DNA of 64,000 nucleotides from Acidimicrobiales bacterium (GTDB lineage Bacteria; Actinomycetota; Acidimicrobiia; Acidimicrobiales; RAAP-2): assembly GCA_043782995.1 (NCBI GenBank), contig JAYVZV010000009.1:554-64553 (forward strand), written 5' to 3'. Positions 27,531 to 37,434 of this stretch are shown one piece after another. The first letter of the stretch is position 1. The number at the start of each line of letters is the position of its first letter. The notes under the pieces were generated by a model. The model worked only from the letters and a program-made list of their open reading frames with translations. It searched no databases and was not told where the DNA came from. A program made the position numbers and the translations under genes.

Positions 27531-27752
27531 AACCTGTCAGGTCCTACGGGGGAGACGGAGTTCGCTGGGTTCGAGCCAATTCTTCGTGACATATTGATCA
27601 GTCGCCAATAGATGGTTCAGGGTTATCGGCCCGTGTCTCTGACGCAGGGCGACAATCCCAAATTGTCCGGTGAATTCACCGACGGACATGGCCGGGTCTC
27701 CCAGTGCTCTCTGAGGTCAAACTCGATTCACGTAGCCAACTATTCTGATCCT

Positions 27753-28019
27753 GTGAGCAGTCATCGAGTGCCCGCTGGGGTGGTGCACAAACTCCCCGCA
27801 GATCTACGGAAGGTCCTGATTGCCCATCCCACCGCACTCTATGCCTGGAAGGACATCACGCCCTTAGCCCGCAATGAATTCATTTGCTGGGTTGAGGACG
27901 CCAAGCAGGAGACCACCAGAGATCGTCGTATTCGCCGTACTAAGGAAGAGTTGGAAGAGGGCCAGCGCCGACCGTGCTGTTGGCCCGGATGCCGCCACCG
28001 CGAGCGCAACGGGAAATAG
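27753..28019 (+). CDS. YdeI/OmpD-associated family protein
   Basis: LPADLRKVLIAHPTALYAWKDITPLARNEFICWVEDAKQETTRDRRIRRTKEELEEGQRRPCCWPGC. GTG at 27753 gives the usual ~88-aa length; ORF 27612.. is the maximal extent. Confidence 0.65.
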   Translation: MSSHRVPAGVVHKLPADLRKVLIAHPTALYAWKDITPLARNEFICWVEDAKQETTRDRRIRRTKEELEEGQRRPCCWPGCRHRERNGK

Positions 28020-28117
28020 TGACAATTGCACGAGGCCGAGTCGCGGAGATCGCCAAGTACTATGGAGTGACGCAATGTGGTTTGACGTAAGTACTTCATT
28101 GATAATCGCTCCCTAGA

Positions 28118-28447
28118 TTGAAAAGGACGACGTTCGTGGTGACAATTTTCTCTGGCACATGGGATGTAATCCTCGATACCCCCATTGGCAAGATGGAAGT
28201 GGTCTTCGAGATCACCGAAGTGGACGGTGTCATCGGGGGGATCGCGCGATCGGATGCGGAGACGGTGGAAATTGTTGACGCCGTCGCAGACGGCAGTCGG
28301 CTGACGTGGGTGCAGACAGTGACGACACCAATGCGTCTCACGTTGAAATTTGACGTCACCGTCGACGGCGACACGATGACCGGCACCTCTAAGGCCGGCA
28401 TACTTCCGACTTCGAAGGTCAACGGGAGTCGAGTCACCGGCGGCTGA
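28118..28447 (+). CDS. hypothetical small beta-rich protein
   Basis: GTWDVILDTPIGKMEVVFEI...LTWVQTVTTPMRLTLKFDVTVDGDTMTGT. Start uncertain (TTG 28118 or a GTG just downstream). Confidence 0.45.
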   Translation: MKRTTFVVTIFSGTWDVILDTPIGKMEVVFEITEVDGVIGGIARSDAETVEIVDAVADGSRLTWVQTVTTPMRLTLKFDVTVDGDTMTGTSKAGILPTSKVNGSRVTGG

Positions 28448-28898
28448 GAAGCCCCCGATTTCGCTCGATTGTCCGTTGGGCCCGGGCGTAATGGTCCGGC
28501 TCGACATTTCGTGAGCGCCCCGAGCAGTTGACATCCATGGCGTGGCGCTGAATGGCCTACTCGTCCAATTCCCCGTTGCCGACCTGCGCCGGTTGGGCCA
28601 AGAACCGTATAAACGCACCGGGCTTTTCCACATCCGAAAGGCTGGTCATCGTGCCGTCCGCCAGGTGAAATATCGAGGACCAGCGACTGTGGTTTTCGCC
28701 ACGATTGTCATCGAGCCGGTGATGCCGTTCCGACGAATTGAGTTCGACCGATGATTCTGGGGATGAGTAGTGCTCGATTCGCTGCCGAGTTTCGTTAGAG
28801 GTCTGGTGGTCGACGAATCGGCTCGAACCAGTGTTGACTGGATTGGGTATGATGAGCCGACTTGGCCATTGGCTCGAGACTGAGGAGTCGTTGTTCGA

Positions 28899-29666
28899 AT
28901 GACGAATCGAATCACAGACAAGGTCTGCGTCGTCACCGGCGCCGGTTCGGGGATCGGTCGTGCGTCGGCGATACGACTGGCCGAAGAGGGCGGTCGGGTG
29001 CTCTGCGCCGACCTGAATGAGTCATCGGCCCTCGAGACGGCGTCCCTCATCGAGGCCGCCGGGGGCACTCCACTCGGTCTTGGTGTCGACGTGAGTTCGA
29101 GCGCAGCCGTTGACGCAATGATTGAGATCACGATCGCCCGATGGGGTCGAGTGGACGTCCTCGTCAACAATGCCGGGGTCAACCTTCCCGGAGTACTACA
29201 CGAGGTCTCTAACGAGACCATCGATCGAACGCTCGACGTTAATGTCAAGGGTCAGATATACGGGTGCCGGTCGGTGATTCCACACATGTTGGCTCAGGGC
29301 GGCGGATCGATTATCAACATCTCCAGTGTTAACGGAATCGTGAGTGAACCGTTCTTGGCGATCTACTCAGCCTCGAAGGGTGCAAGTGTCATGTTGACCA
29401 AAGGCGTCGCCCTCGATTACGCGAAGCGAGGAATACGGTGCAACGTCATCTGCCCTGGCTGGGTCGACACTCCCATCAACTACGCGCACGCCGAGATGCT
29501 CGGCGGGTTGCAGCACGTCTACGACACGATTGACTCATTTCAGCCCATCGGTCGACCCGGCCAACCACGAGAAATCGCCAACGTAGTTCTGTTTCTCGCG
29601 TCTGACGAGACGAGTTTCATGACGGGCAGTGTTCTCGTCGTGGACGGCGGGATGACCTCTCAGTGA
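28899..29666 (+). CDS. SDR family oxidoreductase
   Basis: VCVVTGAGSGIGRA, NNAG and YSASKGA motifs. 255 aa. Confidence 0.9.
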   Translation: MTNRITDKVCVVTGAGSGIGRASAIRLAEEGGRVLCADLNESSALETASLIEAAGGTPLGLGVDVSSSAAVDAMIEITIARWGRVDVLVNNAGVNLPGVLHEVSNETIDRTLDVNVKGQIYGCRSVIPHMLAQGGGSIINISSVNGIVSEPFLAIYSASKGASVMLTKGVALDYAKRGIRCNVICPGWVDTPINYAHAEMLGGLQHVYDTIDSFQPIGRPGQPREIANVVLFLASDETSFMTGSVLVVDGGMTSQ

Positions 29667-30046
29667 CCTATCAACGGTTGGTGCCCGAGCAATCAGTCTT
29701 GTTCGGTCTCCGTACGGTCTCTTCGCCGTCGACCGAGGCACCATAGGAAGAAGCTCCCGACCGGCCCGATGGTGCGAGTTGTCGTAGCCGGACCTTGGCC
29801 GGCACCCGGCTCAGAAGAGCCGCCACTGTCGCCGGCCAAGCCGGCCAACGGGACGCTGTTCGAGTCGCGGTACTTCGACACCCTTGGCATCTTGCGTCGT
29901 GCCTTGCGTGGCTTGCCACCTTCAGAACCCATATTCCCACTCTCCCACACCTCGGGGAACCGCCGACCTGGCACCCCCACTCCATTTGTCTCCGCTACGC
30001 TCCAATCGACGCTGCTCTGTTGGAGCGACACTCGAAGGAGTGATCG

Positions 30047-30244
30047 ATGACTGAGATTTCGGACTTCCACAGTTCGGGAGTAGAAGATGGCGATGAGCTC
30101 GTGTACCACAACCAAAGGGAGTGCGCGCCGGGCCAGGCAATTGCGAACAAGGGAACGGCCGTCCCCGGCCGGGGCTACTACCGGACACTCTGCCCGGAGT
30201 GTCGTGCCCTCCTCGAGGGCTACCGGCGAGTCGACCCCCTTTAG
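30047..30244 (+). CDS. small Cys-containing hypothetical protein
   Basis: ATG preceded by GAAGGAG. VYHNQRECAPGQ...RTLCPECRAL pattern seen in small actinobacterial proteins. Confidence 0.5.
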   Translation: MTEISDFHSSGVEDGDELVYHNQRECAPGQAIANKGTAVPGRGYYRTLCPECRALLEGYRRVDPL

Positions 30245-30298
30245 CAAGTTCACGACCGCGAGAAACCGTCGAAGGTCGACTGGCCACCGGGCTTCGAT

Positions 30299-30616
30299 GT
30301 GGTCGACTCAGTTATGCTTTCGTGCACGGAACTGCAGGTGAGCGAACAAGCGCGCGAGTATGTAGCGGCGCGGGGAGGAAAGCTCTGGCTTCGCGTGCGC
30401 CGAAGCAGGTGCTGCTCTGGGGGCGTCACCTTCCTCGAGGCCACCACCTCGGCACCTCGCGCTGGCGCCGACTACACCGCGATTGAAAACGATTCGTTGG
30501 ACGTACGCTTGATGAATCCCGGAACACACCTCCCGGCGAACTTGAGTGTCGACCTGCGTGGGAGAATCCGGCCGCGGCTCGTCGCCTACTGGGACGGTTG
30601 CGCTTACCGCCTGTGA
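30299..30616 (+). CDS. small protein with CC motif (tentatively CC/Se-motif family)
   Basis: AREYVAARGGKLWLRVRRSRCCSGGVTFLEA...SVDLRG...AYWDGCAY. Family assignment from memory only. Confidence 0.45.
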   Translation: MVDSVMLSCTELQVSEQAREYVAARGGKLWLRVRRSRCCSGGVTFLEATTSAPRAGADYTAIENDSLDVRLMNPGTHLPANLSVDLRGRIRPRLVAYWDGCAYRL

Positions 30617-31042
30617 CCGGAGTCGGCGGGCAAGGCGTCACCTTCGTGTCGTACCGCGGCGAGTCGCCGCTTGAGCTGGGGCATGCATCGTTCTCAACTG
30701 CCGGTCTACGCCAGGCCGGCCCCGAGAGCTGCGATGGCCATGGTGTCGGTGACGAGCCCTTCCGTTGATCCTTACGGCACTTTCGTCAGGCGGCAGCCCT
30801 CGAGGCGGTAGCCCTCCAGGCGTAGAACCCTCTGAGGACCGGCGTTGGCCCCAAGTCGAAACTTCACCGTCGCACCCCTAGCTCCTCGCGCGAACTGCTT
30901 TCCCCGCAGTGATGCAGTCCGAGTCACTACGCAATGACACGATCGAGGATTCATTGCCCGAAACATTCGAACTGACCTTCGAGAGAAGTCATGTGTCTGA
31001 CGCTCACGGCCGGTCCGGCGCGTCTGGTTCGGTGGCTCAGGA

Positions 31043-31553
31043 CTAGTGGCTCAGAAGCTGGGGATGAACCGCCGAGATAATCAGCACTACTAGGGCGGTC
31101 AACGAGATCAACGACATGGTCCAGAACCAGACTTGGATTGAGCGAAGTCCGTAGAGGCGAGCGACTATGCGGTCGGTAAGGCTGTGGGATTGACGCGGGT
31201 CGGTCACGACCCTCGCTCGCCGGACCCGCCATGGCAGTCCGTGGATCTCGCTCGCCCCGCGATCCTGCTCGTGTTCGTGTAACCACACCGCGTCGGTCAG
31301 CTCGGAGATGCGATGGCCGGCCAACGAGTGGAGCGAGGCTAGGGCCACAATGAGCGCGAGAACCGATGCGACAATCCGTCCGGCCCGCGATGTGGCTCCC
31401 CCCTAGTGAGATGGTGAAAAGGAAGGCCTCGCCCGTTAAAGCCATCGTGGGCACTTGCCAGAGCAGCGAGTCCCCCGGCGGGCGGCGACTGGCCACGATC
31501 GAGTACTGCTCGAGCCCCTTGGGGGTCATGGGATCTTCGTCGCTCACGGACAC
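31043..31553 (-). pseudogene. membrane protein split by a frameshift at a G6 run (31398-31403 on the plus strand is C6)
   Basis: Frame 1 reads MSVSDEDPMTPKGLEQYSIVASRRPPGDSLLWQVPTMALTGEAFLFTISLGG. Frame 2 continues ATSRAGRIVASVLALIVALASLHSLAGHRISE...QVWFWTMSLISLTALVVLIISAV. Both pieces have strong GC3 only in their own frame. Confidence 0.5.
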
Positions 31554-31640
31554 CTCGATTCAATCGAATCGACGAACTCCAGAGACGCCGGACACCGGAA
31601 GCGACGCCAACGACCTGAAGCTTCGCAACGCCCGGATAAA

Positions 31641-32087
31641 TCAGTTCCGTCGAGTCGCCACGAAGAGCGGAATCAGTCGCTTGGTCTTGGTCTGGTACGT
31701 CGCGTAGGGCGCGAAGGCGGTCACAGCCCGCTCCCACCATTCGGCGCGCTCGCTGCCCGTCGCCTCGCGTACCGTGACGTCGAATGGCTCGGGTCCGTCT
31801 TGAATGGTGACTTCATTGGGGTTGGCTTGGAGGTTGTAGTACCAGACGGGGTGACGGGGTGCTCCGCCCTGAGATGCGACGAGGGCGTATTGGCCTTCGT
31901 ATTCGACTCTCATCAGCGGTGTCTTACGGACCTTCCCGCTCTTGTTTCCCCGAGTCGTCACGATGATCACCGGCAGTCCGGTGTCGCGTAGCGTGCTCGC
32001 CTCCGTGCCGAGCGAGCGCTCGTAGGCCTCGACCTGATCGCGGACCCAGCCCGATGTGCTCGGCTCGTACTCGCCTTGGAGCGGCAT
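31641..32087 (-). CDS. F420H2-dependent (DDN-like) nitroreductase family deazaflavin-dependent oxidoreductase
   Basis: IIVTTRGNKSGKVRKTPLM...GGAPRHPVWYYNLQANP...TKRLIPLFV. Confidence 0.85.
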   Translation of the reverse strand: MPLQGEYEPSTSGWVRDQVEAYERSLGTEASTLRDTGLPVIIVTTRGNKSGKVRKTPLMRVEYEGQYALVASQGGAPRHPVWYYNLQANPNEVTIQDGPEPFDVTVREATGSERAEWWERAVTAFAPYATYQTKTKRLIPLFVATRRN

Positions 32088-32205
32088 GTGATGGTCCTCC
32101 CAGTGTGGATGGTCGCGATCACAACGAGTGTATTTGGCCCACCGTCAATTCGCGACGGCCATCGTCGCCACATTCGTGGCCCCGGTCCTATGCCAAGATG
32201 GGACC

Positions 32206-32577
32206 ATGATTGACCACCTATCCCTCCAGTGCGCCGACGTTGCCGCCAGCGCTGCCTTCTACGACGCGTTGCTAGAAACCTTGGGCGCAACTCGCGTCAT
32301 GGACTTCGGCGCCGTCATCGGCTACGGAGTACCTCCCATGCCTGACTTCTGGATCGGCGCGCAGGAAACGGGTGAGGGATTCCGCGAGGCGCATGTCGCC
32401 TTCTCGGCCCCGAACCGCCCGGCAGTCCTCGCGTTCCACGAGGCCGCGCTCGACCGCGGGGCGGAGATCCTCCACGAACCACGTCTATGGCCTGAGTATC
32501 ACCCGGACTACTTCGGGGTGTTCGTGCGCGACCCCGACGGAAACAATGTCGAGGCGTGCTGCCACCTACCTGAGTAA
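32206..32577 (+). CDS. VOC (glyoxalase) family protein
   Basis: MIDHLSLQCADVAASAAFYDALL...FVRDPDGNNVEA. Internal ATG chosen. Confidence 0.8.
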   Translation: MIDHLSLQCADVAASAAFYDALLETLGATRVMDFGAVIGYGVPPMPDFWIGAQETGEGFREAHVAFSAPNRPAVLAFHEAALDRGAEILHEPRLWPEYHPDYFGVFVRDPDGNNVEACCHLPE

Positions 32578-32764
32578 GTGACTCTCGTCGACAGGGACCG
32601 ACTTCACGAGGCTCCGGCCATCGCGGTTCGATGGCGCTTCTCGTCGATCGGACGCCCGTATCGTGGCTCACGAAGGTCGTCGACGGGCCCCCTTCATCAG
32701 GTCATGGATAGACGACTGGCTATTTCTCGTTAAGGCAAGTAGACCCAAGTATGAGAGGAGCCTC

Positions 32765-32959
32765 GTGTCAAGTGAGTTATCCGTGACCGCAACTTTCATC
32801 TTGGGCCGCGCGGAGCATGCGTTCGCGGCGGGAAAGTCGCAACTCGATTTCCTCAAACGGATCGACAATCAGGCGACTAACAATTCGACCGACCGTCTCC
32901 ATCACCTCTCCTCGGCACTGGAAGAGGCGATCGGTGACGAACGCTGGCCCTGGCCGTAG
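32765..32959 (+). CDS. hypothetical small protein
   Basis: GTG preceded by GAGAGGAG. 64 codons with GC3-rich usage. No family recognised. Confidence 0.35.
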   Translation: MSSELSVTATFILGRAEHAFAAGKSQLDFLKRIDNQATNNSTDRLHHLSSALEEAIGDERWPWP

Positions 32960-33395
32960 GCGACCGTCCTAGCGGCGATTGTCACGATGATGGACACGAA
33001 GTGTCCCTGCAGTTCGACGAGCCGCCGGGCGCAGAGCCAGTGGATCAGGAACCGGCAACTCACGGGTTCGCGCGGGCCGACGGTCCCGGCAGCCACCTCG
33101 AGCACCTCGGTGATCTAGGTGGACGCCTTGATTTATTGCCCAAGGAGATTGTCGTACAGGACGGCGTGGACGTCGGCCGCCTCCCAGAACGGTCCGGGCG
33201 TCTTTGCCCGCAAGTTGTGGACCGCTGCGAGCAACGGGGACGGTTCCCTGAAGTTCTGCCCGGAGAGCGCGCGGACGAATTTCTGGTCGAGATGGTTGGG
33301 CTGTGGACGAACTAAACACCCTGTTCCCGCCTAAGGACAAGGCCTACGTGTGACGCTAGTCTCGACGCATCCGCCCGCCTTCGCGAAGGAGCTCC

Positions 33396-34631
33396 ATGGC
33401 CATCGACTTCACCCTCGCCCCCGAACATGAGGCAATCCGCACTCGCGTCCGCGACTTCATCCAGGGCACGGTAATCCCCGTTCTCGCCGGGTCCGACGAC
33501 GACGAGCGGGCGCTCTCGCGCCAGGAGTACCTCACGACAATCTTGACGCTGCGCGAACAGGCGAAGTCGCTCGGCCTTTGGCTTCCGCACATGCCCCCGG
33601 AGTGGGGCGGCATGGGGCTCGGCCACGTCGAGTTGGCGATGGTTCAGGCCGAGGCCGGCAAGACTCGCGTAGGTCCGTGGCTGCTCAACTGCATGGCGCC
33701 CGACGAGGGGAATATGCACACGCTGTTGCACTGGGGCAACGACGATCAGAAGGAGCGATATCTTCGCCCGCTCTGCGAGGGGAAAGTGATGTCGTGCTTC
33801 GCAATGACCGAGCCCGAGGTCGCGGGATCCGATCCGACGCTGATCCGCACCCACGCCGAGCAGGACGGCGACGAGTGGATCGTCAACGGCCACAAGTGGT
33901 TCATCTCCAACGCACGTCGCTCGCAGTTCGCGATCCTGATCGCACGCACCGAGCCCGACGTGCCCGAAGGGTCCTCGGGAGCCACCACCGCTTTCATCGT
34001 CGACATCCCCTCGCAGGGCTGGAACGACGTCCGAGAGGTGGAGACGATGCACGGCTCAACTGGTCACAGCGAAATCGTCATCGAGGACTTGAGCCTCAAC
34101 GACGCCCAGATACTCGGTGGGCGCGGCAACGGTCATCGACTCGGTCAGGCACGGCTCGGCCCGGCCCGGCTCGCGCACTGCATGCGCTGGATCGCCCAGG
34201 CCGAGACTGCACTCGACATGATGGTCGACCGGTCGATTACGCGCTACTCACACGGCTCGACGCTCGCCGAGAAGCAGGGGATTCAGTGGATGATCGCCGA
34301 CTCGGCGATGGAACTTTACCAGTGCAAGTTGATGGTTCTGCACGCCGCATACAAGATTGACCGGGGCGACGACTTCCGCACGGAGGTTTCCATGACTAAG
34401 CACTTCGTTGCCAACAGCCTCAATCGAATCATCGACCGCGCGATCCAGGTTCACGGAGCGCTCGGGTACTCAACCGATACGCCACTGGCTTCGATGCTCC
34501 AACACGCCCGCTGGGCCCGTCTGGCCGACGGGGCCGACGAGATCCACCAAATGAGAATCGCCGAACGTACCATCGCGGCATTCAAGGATCAGGGCTCGAC
34601 ATGGTCGGCCACCGGCAGCCTGCCGATTTGA
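33396..34631 (+). CDS. acyl-CoA dehydrogenase family protein
   Basis: 411 aa. CFAMTEPEVAGSDP...GHKWFISNA...QVHGALGYS. ATG preceded by GAAGGAG. Confidence 0.9.
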   Translation: MAIDFTLAPEHEAIRTRVRDFIQGTVIPVLAGSDDDERALSRQEYLTTILTLREQAKSLGLWLPHMPPEWGGMGLGHVELAMVQAEAGKTRVGPWLLNCMAPDEGNMHTLLHWGNDDQKERYLRPLCEGKVMSCFAMTEPEVAGSDPTLIRTHAEQDGDEWIVNGHKWFISNARRSQFAILIARTEPDVPEGSSGATTAFIVDIPSQGWNDVREVETMHGSTGHSEIVIEDLSLNDAQILGGRGNGHRLGQARLGPARLAHCMRWIAQAETALDMMVDRSITRYSHGSTLAEKQGIQWMIADSAMELYQCKLMVLHAAYKIDRGDDFRTEVSMTKHFVANSLNRIIDRAIQVHGALGYSTDTPLASMLQHARWARLADGADEIHQMRIAERTIAAFKDQGSTWSATGSLPI

Positions 34632-35086
34632 GGCACCTTCGAGAGAGTTCCCGGCTGGGCGCGCCGGAGGAGTTCACAAACGGGTGGCTCGTAAACTTGA
34701 ATATCCTCGACCTCGAGGCGATACTCGGTTACCACACCGTCGACGTCGTGTTCACCTCCTCAGTCGCCGAGGGCTCCGTCGAGGTATCGCAGGGAGCGAT
34801 CCGGGAGCGCACTGCCCATCGCGCGCGCGGGTCGGAGAGACTGCCCGGTGAGCCGGACCTTCTCACTGAACTCCAGTCGCTCTACCCCGGCGTCGGGACA
34901 TTCGTGATTTGCTACCCCCGCCCGACCCGTCCACTCGTCTCCGACGGGCTCCGCTTCCGCAACGGAAAGGTCTGCACGGGCTACGCCATGAACCTTACGG
35001 ACGGACCGACACTGGCCGGCCGTAACCCTTGGGCATCTCTGCATCGTCAACGCCCGACTGGTTCACGCCATTCGACCGGCGGCTGA
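34628..35086 (+). CDS. hypothetical protein
   Basis: Strong GC3 bias in this frame throughout. Possible TTG start overlapping the ACAD stop (TTGA); the ORF track start at 34601 lies inside the ACAD gene. No family recognised. Confidence 0.4.
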   Translation: MRHLRESSRLGAPEEFTNGWLVNLNILDLEAILGYHTVDVVFTSSVAEGSVEVSQGAIRERTAHRARGSERLPGEPDLLTELQSLYPGVGTFVICYPRPTRPLVSDGLRFRNGKVCTGYAMNLTDGPTLAGRNPWASLHRQRPTGSRHSTGG

Positions 35087-35126
35087 CTCGAACGTGACCA
35101 TCGTCGGCTGAGCCCCGTACGATTCC

Positions 35127-35477
35127 TTGATGTTCATCGTGAGTAACGCGCGCTTCGAAGAGTTAGCCTCCGAAGCGCTGGACGACATGCCGGCGTCACT
35201 CTCGTCCCAGATGGACAACGTCGCGATCATCGTCGAAGACGAGGCGCCCGGCCGAAACCTCTTCGGCCTCTACGAGGGCGTGCCGTTGACCCGTCGCGGA
35301 GTACTCAGCTACAGCGGCGTCATGCCCGACCGGATCACCCTGTACCAGACGACGATCTGCAGTCAGTGCGAGAGCGAGGACCAAGTCCGGGCCCAGATTC
35401 GAAAGACCGTTATCCACGAGGTTGCCCACCACTTTGGCATCAGTGATCCTCGGCTCGAGGATCTCGGCTGGGCGTGA
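35127..35477 (+). CDS. zincin-like metallopeptidase family protein (DUF1025-type)
   Basis: RFEELASEALDDMP...LFGLYEGVPLTRR...DRITLYQ...HEVAHHFG. Confidence 0.8.
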   Translation: MMFIVSNARFEELASEALDDMPASLSSQMDNVAIIVEDEAPGRNLFGLYEGVPLTRRGVLSYSGVMPDRITLYQTTICSQCESEDQVRAQIRKTVIHEVAHHFGISDPRLEDLGWA

Positions 35478-35587
35478 GCGTGGTGGCGCCGCACCACGGC
35501 GGCTAGTCGAGAATCCGGATTCACAACTTCGTGACACTTCGCTCGGCGCGGGGAGTTGCGGCGGCCACGAAGGGGTACCTTGGACTC

Positions 35588-35911
35588 ATGTTCAAGCGGT
35601 TCGCGTTGCTGTTGGGCCTGCCCACGATGGGCGCGGGACTGTACCTCATCGCCATCGAGCGAGCGAAGGACGCGGCCTGCAACGCCCACCAGGGCCGGCC
35701 CGCCAGCTACGGAATGAGTCGAGAGTGCGTCCACGTCGTGTGGATCTACTTCGGCGGGATCGGGCTCATTGTCGCCGGGTTAGTCGTCGTGCTGATCGGT
35801 CTTGCGTCGATGAGGAAATTCGGAGACAATCGGGCCCCGCGCCATCGGGCGCACCTGACGGAGTTGGCAGCATGGGAATCCGGCAAACGTGGCGGGGAAC
35901 AACGACATTGA
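35588..35911 (+). CDS. hypothetical membrane protein
   Basis: MFKRFALLLGLPTMGAGLYLIAI... and a second TM, VVWIYFGGIGLIVAGLVVVLIGL. Confidence 0.5.
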   Translation: MFKRFALLLGLPTMGAGLYLIAIERAKDAACNAHQGRPASYGMSRECVHVVWIYFGGIGLIVAGLVVVLIGLASMRKFGDNRAPRHRAHLTELAAWESGKRGGEQRH

Positions 35912-36581
35912 CCTTGGGTCGCGACAGTCGGCGAGTTCGGCAATGTCCCGACAGTTCCGCTGGGCGCCGATGGATCGGCTCCGATGACATCGCCGTCGGA
36001 GAGCAGCACGACCGGAGGACGATCACTGGAATAGTGGGCCTCTCGAGTCCGCCTTGGCGCGCCAGCAAGTCCTCTTCCGAACGCCTCGCGCTCCGTCGTC
36101 GCGTCGCGCGAGTCCGGCGAGCGGCGCCGGGCGTGGACATCAGTATTGCGGGCGCTCGACCGATGGCGAGCGCCCACGCCGTGGAACCTAAGGAGCGATT
36201 GCCGAGTCGCCAATGCGCGCAATAAGTTATCGCGGTTGACCACCCCGGCGCCGAAGGTGGCCCGGCACTGGCCCGGTCGATGTGGGGCAGCAGTCGGTAG
36301 CCCGATCGCTCGATGCCCTCGAGGGGCGACAGGCTCGAGAATCGCGAACTCACCAGCCAGACCGTGACCAAGCGTAAAACCCCAGAGATTTGTTTACGGG
36401 AAGACGTCGACTGAGACGAGGGACGAGGGGAGGAATCCAACAGCGGCTCGCGCACTCTGGGGTGTCAAGTACCCCAGAACCCATTGTGAAAAAGGTGAGG
36501 GGTGTGTAACATTGCCGGCGAATACGCGTCCAACAGGAGATTGCTGACGCATGAACAGAGGTGACAACGCGAGGGGTTCGG

Positions 36582-37318
36582 GTGAGTGACGACGATCCGA
36601 CCTACGGTGACCTTGCCACCTCGTTCGCTGACGTCGCGCAAACCCTGTTCGTCGAGCGAACCGTCGAGGGAACGCTCTAACGAATCGTCGATTGCGCGCA
36701 AGCCACGGTCGAGGGCTGCGACGCGGCCAGTATCTCGCTGGTGACCCCGACGGGGATCACTACGCCGGTCAGCTCGGATTCCATCGCACTCGAGATAGAC
36801 GGCTTTCAGTACGAGTACGGAGAAGGCCCCTGCCTCGACGCGATCACCCTCGAGTCCATGCTCTACGCCGACGACCTGGCGAGCGACCTACGTTGGCCGA
36901 AGTTGGGACCGGTCGCGGTGACCATCGGAATGCGCAGTCTCCTGTCGTGCCGGCTGTTGGCCGAGGAGACCTTGGGCTCGCTCAACCTCTACGCGAGAAG
37001 CCCTCAGGCCTACGGTTCCGTCGACCGCACCAAGGCGCTGATCTTCGCGACGCACGCCGCAATCGCGCTCTCCGCCGCGGTAGTGCTGGCGAGCGCGAAC
37101 GCGACGCTCGACACCGAGTTGCGTCGCTCGGAGAACCTCCAGCTTGCGTTCAGCTCGCGAGAAGTCATTGGTCAGGCCGAGGGCATTCTTATCGAGCGCG
37201 AGCGCATCACGCCCGAACAGAATTTACGGTGTTGCGCCACGCCTCCCAGAACCTCAATGTTCGCCTGCGTGACCTGGCCCAGCACATCGTGGACACCGGC
37301 GAGGTCCCCGAACGCTGA
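36582..37318 (+). pseudogene. GAF-ANTAR RNA-binding antiterminator-type regulator, disrupted (in-frame TAA plus a 1-nt frameshift)
   Basis: GTG preceded by GAGGGG. ...ERTVEGTL*RIVDCAQATVEGCDAASISLV...EGPCLDA... is the GAF part (TAA at 36678-36680 where Gln is expected). REVIGQAEGILIERERITPEQ then a shift near 37218-37224 to FTVLRHASQNLNVRLRDLAQHIV is the ANTAR part. Confidence 0.7.
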
Positions 37319-37400
37319 TCTGTCGGCTCGTGGTCGGCTTTGCGGCGAGTGGGACCGGAAAGTCTTCGATAGGTCAAATCCACGAACCCGCAACTGACCA

Positions 37401-37434
37401 CCTACCTGGCGGTGGGCACGAGCCGCCAGGTAGG
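37401..37434 (+). terminator. 12-bp perfect inverted repeat hairpin downstream of the GAF-ANTAR remnant
   Basis: CCTACCTGGCGG-tgggcacgag-CCGCCAGGTAGG followed by ttggattgtgtgg. Confidence 0.35.

Noticed and set aside
28450-28800. Reverse-strand frame ending ..SRWSSIFHLADGTMTSLSDVEKPGAFIRFLAQPAQVGNGELDE* that resembles the C-terminus of a SnoaL/NTF2-like protein
   Set aside because: There is no start codon in frame after the preceding stop, and the similarity is only a short impression. It may be another gene fragment, but it is not supportable.
29693-29932. 79-codon basic ORF on the reverse strand (MGSEGGKPRKARRKMPRVSKYRD..) with a GGGAGAG SD
   Set aside because: It may be real, but composition is the only evidence, and overlapping ORFs in other frames look equally plausible. 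It is left uncalled.
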